Below are positions 52,879 to 64,000 of a stretch of 64,000 nt of DNA, in pieces. A program made the position numbers and the translations under genes. The notes below the pieces were generated by a model that saw nothing but the letters and a program-made list of their open reading frames with translations, did not search any database and was not told the origin of the DNA. Source of the stretch: Eledone cirrhosa (lineage: Eukaryota); assembly GCA_964016885.1 (NCBI GenBank), contig OZ024741.1:330646001-330710000 (forward strand). Direction: 5' to 3'. Within the stretch, counting starts at the first letter, position 1. Each line of letters opens with the position of its first letter.

Positions 52879-53016
52879 TTAGAAAGTGAGGTTTTTTTTA
52901 CAAAATGAAAAATAACCGAGGTGTCCTACACGAGTGGAAGTATAAAGAAAAAGAGATGAAATCGAAAATGCAACTGAAGTCTTATTTTTTTTAAAAATAT
53001 ATATATTTATTTGGTT

Positions 53017-53054
53017 CCTTTACCGGTTTCGCAGTTCTTCTGCTTTTCAAAAGG
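53017..53054 (-). ncRNA. Minimal type-I hammerhead ribozyme, U3-A8 variant, in the Penelope pLTR
   Basis: Minus strand reads cctt UUGAAAA gcag-aagaa-cugc GAAA CCGGUA aagg: stem I cctt/aagg, stem II gcag/ctgc, palindromic ACCGGT stem III. Predicted cleavage between 53021 and 53020. Confidence 0.75.
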
Positions 53055-53539
53055 TGAGTTGAGATGGAGGGTCTGTGGTTTTTCTCACATCTGGTTGGTC
53101 TCTAAATGTTACTTGTTTTATATGGAAAAAGTGGCTCGAAAGCCAGGTTTTTCGAGAAGTAATTTGATTGGTTTGTCAATAATTATAATAAATTTCGCGC
53201 CAGTTCGCGTTACAATAGTTCTTCAAATAAGAGAGGGGGGGGGGGGGGGTTGTCACAGGTTGTTTTTTCGTATATGAGTGTTTGAATTTCATTTTACTTG
53301 AAAAAAGGAGGCTCACGAAGGCTTTTTTTTGGTTGGTTATAAATGAAATTTGGCTGTCATGTGAACAAGTTTTCATTACATTTTTGCGCCCTTATTTGGA
53401 AAACTATTCTGTAGTCTTTATAGTGAATGTTATGACAATGGAGAGATAGTGGTCAAGGGAAAAGGGATTGGGAGAAATGTTCTGGTTCAGTGAATATGGC
53501 CAGCTGTCAGAGTTCAGATTTTCTATTGAGACTGAAGAT

Positions 53540-53558
53540 ATGTGTTTATTTGTGTGCT

Positions 53559-53591
<33 letters not shown>

Positions 53592-54176
53592 ATGTGTGTA
53601 TTGGAAGATGATTCTATTAGTAGAGATGGGGGAGGGAGTTGTGTGTGTGTGTATATGGGTGTTATGTGTGTGTGTGCGAGTATGTTAAGATGGAGAGAAT
53701 ATATATTTTGTGTGTGTGTATATATATATGTGTGTAGGAAAGTGGTTCTATTAGTAGAAATGGGGAGGGAGTTGTAGGTGTGGGGGTTGTTATGTGTGTG
53801 TATGGGTGTTATGTGTGTGGGAGTATGGTTAGCATGTTAAGATGAAGAGAATATATATATATATATATATTGTGTGTGTGTGTGTATGTGTGTGTGTAGG
53901 AAAGTGATTCCTTTAGTAGGAAGATGATTCTATTAGTAGAGATGGGGGAGGGAGTTGTGTGTGTGTGTGTATAAGGGTGTTATGTGTGTGTGTGTGTGTG
54001 TGCGAGTGTGTTAAGATGGAGAGAATATATATTTTGTGTGTGTGTATATATATATGTGTGTAGGAAAGTGGTTCTATTAGTAGAAATGGGGAGGGAGTTG
54101 TAGGTGTGGGGGTTGTTATGTGTGTGTATGGGTGTTATGTGTGTGGGAGTATGGTTAGCATGTTAAGATGAAGAGA

Positions 54177-54207
<31 letters not shown>

Positions 54208-54250
54208 GTGTGTGTGTATGTGTGTGTATAAGAAAGTGATTCCTTTAGTA
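53540..54250. repeat. GT/TA-rich low-complexity region with a ~316-bp tandem duplication inside the Penelope 3' region
   Basis: ggaagatgattctattagtagagatgggggagggagtt occurs at 53603 and 53919, and the following sequence is also duplicated. Confidence 0.85.
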
Positions 54251-54415
54251 GGAATATTTTTGAATGAACATATTTTCCTGACTTTTTCGTGTTTGCTGTT
54301 GTATTGCCAGTGCAAACGTATGTTAAGGTTTATTTAGTTCGGGTTTTTATTTTCTAAAGTAGAAGGTGTTATGTGTGTGTGTGCATGTCATATTGTGGTG
54401 TTGACATAATGTATA

Positions 54416-55978
54416 TTAAACCTTATTTAATGTTGGTCTATATTTTTGAATAAACATATTTTCCTTATTTATTCGCATTTGTTCTGTTGTATTGTTAGCG
54501 CAAAGGTAAAATGGGAAGACTTGGAATTTGGGTGTCTTATTACTTGCGCAAATGTCTAGATATGCACTTAGTGGTATCTGTCTCGTGGTTGGATCTCGTA
54601 ATTGTTGGCGATGAACTGTCATTCTGTTTCTGGGTGTGAGTTTAGTTTGTCCTATATAATCTTCATTGCATCCTTTACATTTAATGGCATAAATTAGATT
54701 TTTTGATGAGCAAGTAAAATTTTGTCCTGATTTAAATGTATACGTGTTGCCTTCAATGAGGTGAGTGCAGGTTCCACAATTAGAGCGACCACATTTTTTG
54801 ATACTTGGTTGTGGGTTTGTGGTAGGTAATTTGGCATTGGTGAGTAATGTTTTCAGTGATTTTGGTTGTCTTTTGCTTTTGATTATTTTGTGTGTTTCAA
54901 GGGCTTTTTTCATTCTTGGGTTTTGTTTTAGTAGTGGGATGTTATTGTGAATAGTGTTGTAAGCTTCCGCATTTCTTGGGTTGTGTGTTGAGATATATGA
55001 TAGAATATTGGACGTACCTTGAATTTGTTTCTGTTTCCGTAATTCATCAATGCCTATTGCTTTAGCCCTTTCTATTCCATTATTTATTAGTAATAGTGGG
55101 TACTCTCTCTCAAGTAGAATTTCCTTTAATTCTTGAAGTCTTTTATTTCGTGTTTCATAATTGGAGACAATTGTGCAAATTCTTCTTGCTAGGTTAAAAG
55201 GAATGTTCGTCTTCGTGTGCTTTGGACGGTTGGAGGTGAATAGCAGATATTGTTTGGAATCTGTTGGTTTGTAGTGTATGTCAGTTTCGATATTTGTGTC
55301 TTTTTTTGTGATTAAGATGTCCAGAAATGGGAGTTGATCTTGGCTGTATTCCATTGTGAATTGGATGTGGTTATTGATGCCGTTTATTAAGTTTTTGAAA
55401 TCCTTCAGTTGGTCGAGTGTGTGGGACCGAAGAATGAGGCAATCATCCAAGTAGCGTTTCCAATTCTCTGATAAATATTTGTGGAAGTTCAATCCGTATT
55501 TTGATTTGGACTGTTCATATATCTGGACTTCTAAGTATGCCATGACTAAGTTGGCATAAGTTGGAGCGGCTTTTGTGCCCATCGCAGTCCCCGATATTTG
55601 CTTGTAAGTATTGCCATCGAAATCAAAAAAGTTGTTCTGTAGGATGAATTTTAATCCCTCGGTGATGAAGCTTTTTTCTATTCTGTCAGGTATCTCATTG
55701 GGATATTTCTCTAGCCAGAATCCTATTGCTTCTAGTCCGTATTGGTGTGGGATCGTTGTGTAGAGATTCACTACATCGAAAGACACAATAATGGTGTCGT
55801 TGTTGACATGTTTGGGGAGGTGGTTTAAGAGGTCCAGATCGTCTCTTACAAGGCTTGGTATGTGTTTCAGTATTGGTTTCAGTAGTATGTCTATAAAGTT
55901 GCTCAATCTGTGTGTTTCACATTGTGGGCCCGCTACAATTGGTCTTAATTTAAGGTCTGTGGGGTATTGTGTGTTCAC
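54416..55978 (-). CDS. Penelope-like reverse transcriptase with GIY-YIG endonuclease (N-terminally truncated)
   Basis: [52 protein letters not shown], a CxxxxCxxC linker and [20 protein letters not shown]...H (GIY-YIG). Confidence 0.92.
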   Translation of the reverse strand: MNTQYPTDLKLRPIVAGPQCETHRLSNFIDILLKPILKHIPSLVRDDLDLLNHLPKHVNNDTIIVSFDVVNLYTTIPHQYGLEAIGFWLEKYPNEIPDRIEKSFITEGLKFILQNNFFDFDGNTYKQISGTAMGTKAAPTYANLVMAYLEVQIYEQSKSKYGLNFHKYLSENWKRYLDDCLILRSHTLDQLKDFKNLINGINNHIQFTMEYSQDQLPFLDILITKKDTNIETDIHYKPTDSKQYLLFTSNRPKHTKTNIPFNLARRICTIVSNYETRNKRLQELKEILLEREYPLLLINNGIERAKAIGIDELRKQKQIQGTSNILSYISTHNPRNAEAYNTIHNNIPLLKQNPRMKKALETHKIIKSKRQPKSLKTLLTNAKLPTTNPQPSIKKCGRSNCGTCTHLIEGNTYTFKSGQNFTCSSKNLIYAIKCKGCNEDYIGQTKLTPRNRMTVHRQQLRDPTTRQIPLSAYLDICASNKTPKFQVFPFYLCANNTTEQMRINKENMFIQKYRPTLNKV

Positions 55979-56142
55979 GTGAAATTTATTATAATTATTG
56001 ACAAACCAATCAAATTACTTCTGGAAAAACCTGGCTTTCGAGCCACTTTTTCCATATAAAACAAGTAACATTTAGAGACCAACCAGATGTGAGAAAAACC
56101 ACAGACCCTCCATCTCAACTCACCTTTTGAAAAGCAGAAGAA

Positions 56143-56417
56143 TATATATATATATATATATACATACATATATATATATATACATATATATACATATACA
56201 TATACATACATATACATATATACATATATATACATATACATACATACATATACATATACATACATATATATATATACATATATATACATATACATATACA
56301 TACATATATATACATATACATATACATACATATATATATATACATATATATACATATACATACATATATATATATACATATATATATACATATATATATA
56401 CATATACATATACATAC

Positions 56418-56450
<33 letters not shown>

Positions 56451-56595
56451 CATATATATATACATATATATATACATATATATATACATATATATATACA
56501 TATATATACATATATATATACATATATATACATATATATATACATATATATATACATATATATACATATATATACATATATATACATATATATAC

Positions 56596-56628
<33 letters not shown>

Positions 56629-56961
56629 CATATATACATACATATACATACATATACATACATACATATATACATATATATATATACATATATATATATA
56701 CATATACATATATACATATACATATATATATATATACATATATACATATACATATATATATACATATATATACATATACATATATATATATATACATATA
56801 CATATATACATATATATACATATACATATATATATATATACATATACATATATACATATATATATACATATACATATATATATATATACATATACATATA
56901 TACATATACATATATATATACATATACATATATATATATACATATATATATATACATATAC

Positions 56962-56992
<31 letters not shown>

Positions 56993-57004
56993 CATATACA
57001 TATA
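56143..57004. repeat. (TA)n/(TACA)n compound microsatellite
   Basis: Continuous TA/CA repeats. Confidence 0.97.
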
Positions 57005-58290
57005 CTAGAGGCTGTGGTCATTAAGATGTTGGAGAGCTAAGTTGTTGTAGGTCTCTCTCGAGATGACACAGAATTCTTTCCCCTTGTCAGAGGGAAGGTA
57101 CACAAGGTTCCTGGATCTTAGGTTGGTGAGAGTATTAAATTGTGCATTGGTGAGGTTGCGTTTATTGTGTGTGTGTGTGTGTTGGGAAAGGATGTTAGAG
57201 ATAGAATGTTTCAACCCGAGTAGTTTAGTGTCAAGTTCGTGGTTGGTGGGTGGGGGGTGGAGTGGGTTGTCGAGGTGATACGTGGGGAGTGTGGGGTGGG
57301 TTGTGGGGTTGTAATCGATCTCGGTGTTGTTTTGGATGGCGGTTAGCCATTTCAGTTGATAAGCTGTCCGACAGAAGTTGGTTTCGATGTCGAGTTTCAG
57401 TCTATCATCGAGACGCTGTGTAATGATGAACTTGGGTCCGAGGCGCAGAAGTTCGAGTTCGTCGTTGGTGAGGGTACCGGTTAAGTCGGTAACGAGGTGT
57501 GAAGCATCGTTGGTAGGTAGATCGATGTTGGGGGGTGTAGTGGAGGGTGTTGTATAGCTGTTGCCCCTGGTGTGGTTGTAGTCGGTCCGTCTGTGGGAGC
57601 AGATGTTGTCAATGTAGTATTTGTTTACAGTCCATTCGTATTTCCGTATAAGGCGCTGTTTATCAAATTTGACTCTGGTGTGGTAACACTGATCTATAGC
57701 TTTGCGTATATCCTGGACTTGGTGGTCAGGGGTGAGGGTTGGAGCTATACGATCTTAGTGCTCAGAAAGCGTTTGTATATGGAGTCGCAGTTGGTGGTGG
57801 TTGTGTCGTAGTATTTTCTTGATAAACGTGCGTTGAATGTGGCGGATGGTGTTTTCGAAGGATGGTGATCGTAAACATTCGGGTAGATGTATATTCCTGA
57901 TGGTGGTTGGAATGATGTTGTTCTTTAGGCAGCGTTTTAAGAAGGTAATTTGGCAACCGAGTTTGGCACGATTCTCCGATAGTCTGAATAGGTCGCTTAT
58001 GGGTGCAAACAAGTCCTGGCTCAGGTGTAATGATAAGAGGGTGTTAAAGTTTGCTTGAAGCATTGTGAAATGTGTAAAAATACGTATTTAAGAAAGCCAC
58101 AACAATGCAAAGGGAAATCTCGAGGTAGGAAGTGAAATATAGATAGGAAAAACAGGTGAAAGTGAAAGTTGAGAGACAAAGATGAAAACAAAACAAAGGT
58201 AGAAGGGTTACCGTAGTAGAGATTTAATCCCAATATTTCGGGCTCACGCCCATCAACGGGGGAGAAGTTCCAAAAGGGGGGAAACAGGCC
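57005..58290 (-). mobile_element. Second Penelope-like fragment (pLTR plus disrupted N-terminal ORF)
   Basis: Minus-strand pieces FLKRCLKNNIIP, LTNDELELLRLGPKF and LVYLPSDKGKEFCVISRETY are PLE N-terminal motifs. It is GC-richer than 54416-55978 and has a hammerhead-like motif at ~58228-58263. Confidence 0.8.
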
Positions 58291-59476
<1,186 letters not shown>

Positions 59477-60081
59477 GGTGGCTGCCAACTCGTTTTCGAG
59501 TACGGCCACTACTTTATATCCATGTAGGAGAACCCCTACCGATGCGCTGAACGAATGTGACTTTTTATTCCAGCCAGCGACTTGAAAACTCTGGTACAAA
59601 CACTACACTTGTGACAATTATTGACACATAGTGCTGGGCCCATGGTACCCTGTGACGACAAGTGCAGAGATCTCCAGATATAAAGCAATGCCTGTGCCGT
59701 GAAGCTTTTATAGTGAGCAAAGGCACTGCACAAAGCCAGTCCCACTCTCTTAACCAAGATGATATTTACCAAAAAGAAGAACAAGTCAACATCATTGGAT
59801 ACCATCAGGGTTGCAGGTGTTATATCAGAGTTTTCCTTCTCCTAGAATTCTGCCTTGACAAAGGCTAAGGGGTCATCTCTCCCGGTGATTTTGGATGGCC
59901 ATTGACTCTTAAGAGCTCCTTTGCCCTTTGACAGGTTTTGTTTTTAGTCCTGCAGGATGTCCAAAGTCACCCTCCTCACCAAGAAACCTTGGTGGGGTTG
60001 CCAGTTTAGTCGCCAACGACCCGACCATGAGACAGGTTGTACTGGGATACATGTTACCAGTAGCACCAACTGGTGACCTGA
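59477..60081 (-). mobile_element. Short non-autonomous RTE-like derivative (5'-UTR-like part joined to a C2H2-encoding 3' end)
   Basis: The minus strand ends [23 protein letters not shown], like the C-terminal zinc finger of some RTE ORF2s. The 5' half matches 37040-37625. Confidence 0.55.
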
Positions 60082-60101
60082 CATATATATATACATACAT
60101 A

Positions 60102-60153
<52 letters not shown>

Positions 60154-60158
60154 CATAC

Positions 60159-60193
<35 letters not shown>

Positions 60194-60792
60194 CATACAT
60201 ATATATATATATATATATACATACATATATATATATACATACATATATATATATATACATACATATATATATATATACATACATATATATATATATACAT
60301 ACATATATATATATATATATACATACATATATACATATATACATACATATATACATATATACATACATATATACATATATACATACATATATACATATAT
60401 ACATACATATATACATACATATATACATACATAATACATATATACATACATATATACATATATACATACATATATACACATACATACATACATATATACA
60501 TACATACATACATATATACATACATACATATATATATACATACATACATATATATATACATACATACATATATATATACATACATATATATATACATACA
60601 TATATTATACATACATATATTATACATACATATATATATACATACATATATATATACATACATATATATATATACATACATATATATATACATACATATA
60701 TATATACATACATATATATATACATACATATATATATACATACATATATATATACATACATATATATATATATACATACATACATATACATA

Positions 60793-60824
<32 letters not shown>

Positions 60825-61280
60825 CATACATACATATATATATACATACATATATATATATATACATACATATATATATATATACATACATATATATATA
60901 TATATACATACATATATATATACATATACATACATATATATATACATACATACATATATATATACATACATACATACATACATATATACATACATATATA
61001 TATACATACATATATATATACATACATATATATATACATACATATATACATACATACATATGTATATACATACATATATATATACATACATATATATATA
61101 CATACATATATATATACATACATATATATATACATACATATATATATACATACATATATATATATACACATACATATATATATATACACATACATATATA
61201 CATACACATACATATATATATACATACACATACATATATGCATACATATATATACATATATATATATATACATACATACA

Positions 61281-61314
<34 letters not shown>

Positions 61315-61672
61315 CATACATATATATATACATACATATATATATACATACATATATATATACATACATATATACATACATACATATGTATATACATACA
61401 TATATATATACATACATATATATATACATACATATATATATACATACATATATATATACATACATATATATATACATACATATATATATATACACATACA
61501 TATATATATATACACATACATATATACATACACATACATATATATATACATACACATACATATATACATACACATACATATATACATACACATACATATA
61601 TACATACACATACATATATACATACACATACATATATACATACACATACATATATACATATATATATATACA
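60082..61672. repeat. (TA)n/(TACA)n compound microsatellite
   Basis: Continuous TA/CA repeats. Confidence 0.97.
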
Positions 61673-62004
61673 TGGTCGCTGCCAACTCGTTTTCAAGTAC
61701 GGCCACTACTTTATATCCATGTAGGAGAACTCCTACCAATGCTGAACGAGTGTGACTTTTTAGTCCAGCCAGCAACTTGAAAACTCCGGTACAAACACTA
61801 CACTTGTGACAATTATTGACACATAGTGCTGGGCCCTTGGTACCATATGACGACAAGTGCAGAGAGATCTCCAGATATAAAACAATGCCTGTGCCATGAA
61901 GCTTTTATAGTGAGCAAAGGCACTGCACAAAGCCAGTCCCACTCTCTTAACCAAGATGATATTTACCAAAAAGAAGAACAAGTCAACATCATTGGATACC
62001 ATCA
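61673..62004 (-). mobile_element. Second, truncated copy of the 59477-59807 element
   Basis: Clearly homologous (gctgccaactcgtttt...caacatcattggataccatca) with scattered substitutions; TA-flanked. Confidence 0.8.
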
Positions 62005-62133
62005 TATATACATACATAAATATATACATACATATATATATATACATATATATATATACATATATACATACATATATATATACATATATACATACATATA
62101 TATATATATATACATATATATATACATATATAC

Positions 62134-62168
<35 letters not shown>

Positions 62169-62217
62169 CATATATACATACATATATATATATATATACA
62201 TATATATATACATACAT

Positions 62218-64000
62218 ATCAGTTCCTGTACACAGCTAAGTATTCTATAAGTCTCTAGCTGTGTCATTCTCGATGAAAGCACTGGATATGTAGTCCTGAT
62301 GATTTCTAACAAGAATGAAACGCGTAGATTACTTCCCTTGCTTTTATCGAGAATCTAATTGTAATACGTGACGTATTCTATTCTATAGCGATTAGGTCTT
62401 CAAAATGTTTATTATAAACATACAGAATATTTTCGAATATTCTATGTCTATATTCACATATATATCGCTATTTCAGAGCATTTATTCCAATTTCTAATTT
62501 CTGCCGGACCGGCAACCGCTCTTTCAAATCAGTTCCTGTACACAGCTAAGTATTCTATAAGTCTCTAGCTGTGTCATTCTCGATGAAAGCACTGGATATG
62601 TAGTCCTGATGATTTCTAACAAGAATGAAACGCGTAGATTACTTCCCTTGCTTTTATCGAGAATCTAATTGTAATACGTGACGTATTCTATTCTATAGCG
62701 ATTAGGTCTTCAAAATGTTTATTATAAACATACAGAATATTTTCGAATATTCTATGTCTATATTCACATATATATCGCTATTTCAGAGCATTTATTCCAA
62801 TTTCTAATTTCTGCCGGACCGGCAACCGCTCTTTCAAATCAGTTCCTGTACACAGCTAAGTATTCTATAAGTCTCTAGCTGTGTCATTCTCGATGAAAGC
62901 ACTGGATATGTAGTCCTGATGATTTCTAACAAGAATGAAACGCGTAGATTACTTCCCTTGCTTTTATCGAGAATCTAATTGTAATACGTGACGTATTCTA
63001 TTCTATAGCGATTAGGTCTTCAAAATGTTTATTATAAACATACAGAATATTTTCGAATATTCTATGTCTATATTCACATATATATCGCTATTTCAGAGCA
63101 TTTATTCCAATTTCTAATTTCTGCCGGACCGGCAACCGCTCTTTCAAATCAGTTCCTGTACACAGCTAAGTATTCTATAAGTCTCTAGCTGTGTCATTCT
63201 CGATGAAAGCACTGGATATGTAGTCCTGATGATTTCTAACAAGAATGAAACGCGTAGATTACTTCCCTTGCTTTTATCGAGAATCTAATTGTAATACGTG
63301 ACGTATTCTATTCTATAGCGATTAGGTCTTCAAAATGTTTATTATAAACATACAGAATATTTTCGAATATTCTATGTCTATATTCACATATATATCGCTA
63401 TTTCAGAGCATTTATTCCAATTTCTAATTTCTGCCGGACCGGCAACCGCTCTTTCAAATCAGTTCCTGTACACAGCTAAGTATTCTATAAGTCTCTAGCT
63501 GTGTCATTCTCGATGAAAGCACTGGATATGTAGTCCTGATGATTTCTAACAAGAATGAAACGCGTAGATTACTTCCCTTGCTTTTATCGAGAATCTAATT
63601 GTAATACGTGACGTATTCTATTCTATAGCGATTAGGTCTTCAAAATGTTTATTATAAACATACAGAATATTTTCGAATATTCTATGTCTATATTCACATA
63701 TATATCGCTATTTCAGAGCATTTATTCCAATTTCTAATTTCTGCCGGACCGGCAACCGCTCTTTCAAATCAGTTCCTGTACACAGCTAAGTATTCTATAA
63801 GTCTCTAGCTGTGTCATTCTCGATGAAAGCACTGGATATGTAGTCCTGATGATTTCTAACAAGAATGAAACGCGTAGATTACTTCCCTTGCTTTTATCGA
63901 GAATCTAATTGTAATACGTGACGTATTCTATTCTATAGCGATTAGGTCTTCAAAATGTTTATTATAAACATACAGAATATTTTCGAATATTCTATGTCTA
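62218..64000 (+). mobile_element. Tandem array of 310-bp hammerhead-containing units (retrozyme-like), at least 5.75 copies, running off the window
   Basis: Units start at 62218, 62528, 62838, 63148, 63458 and 63768 and look identical by eye. Each has one type-I hammerhead and several hairpins; no ORF. Confidence 0.88.
62290..62332 (+). ncRNA. Type-I hammerhead ribozyme (repeated at 62600, 62910, 63220, 63530 and 63840)
   Basis: gtagtc CTGATGA t-ttct-aaca-agaa-t GAAA CGCGTA gattac: intact core, stem I gtagtc/gattac, stem II ttct/agaa, palindromic ACGCGT stem III. GUA cleavage predicted after 62326. Confidence 0.9.

Larger units (their letters stand above)
52879..56142 (-). mobile_element. 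5'-truncated Penelope-like element with an inverted partial pLTR
   Basis: RT-GIY-YIG ORF. 53035-53196 is the reverse complement of 55981-56142. A hammerhead lies in the terminal region, and (TA)n tracts flank both ends. Confidence 0.9.

Noticed and set aside
54416-58290. One continuous Penelope ORF split by a microsatellite
   Set aside because: An inverted pLTR closes the first element at 55981-56142. The expected segment between the DKG and RPIV motifs is missing and base composition differs, so two insertions are more likely.
62218-64000. CRISPR array, or a second ribozyme on the minus strand of the 310-bp unit
   Set aside because: Units are wholly identical with no variable spacers and no cas genes. 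No CUGANGA...GAAA core was found on the reverse strand.

Overview
AT-rich, repeat-dense animal genomic DNA. The SINE, RTE-LINE and (TA)n landscape suggests a cephalopod such as Octopus (inference only). Bases 1-19.65 kb are a degenerate (GTT/GCT/GTG)n satellite with kb-scale internal duplications, and its long ORFs are artefacts. A minus-strand VIP36/LMAN2-family L-type lectin gene contributes 7 phase-consistent GT-AG exons (45369 to 29868, ending ...KRKRFY*). Its 5' exons were not found and probably lie beyond 64 kb. The introns hold five copies of an RTE LINE whose RT carries an inserted PHD finger, plus SINEs, MITEs, minisatellites and long hairpins. Bases 47-64 kb are a nest of retroelements separated by (TA/CA)n tracts: a near-intact RTE, a Penelope-like element with an inverted pLTR and a variant hammerhead, a second PLE fragment, and non-autonomous RTE derivatives. 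The best find is a tandem array of apparently identical 310-bp units (62218 to window end). Each unit carries a minimal type-I hammerhead ribozyme in a highly base-paired RNA, making it a candidate retrozyme or circular-RNA-producing locus.
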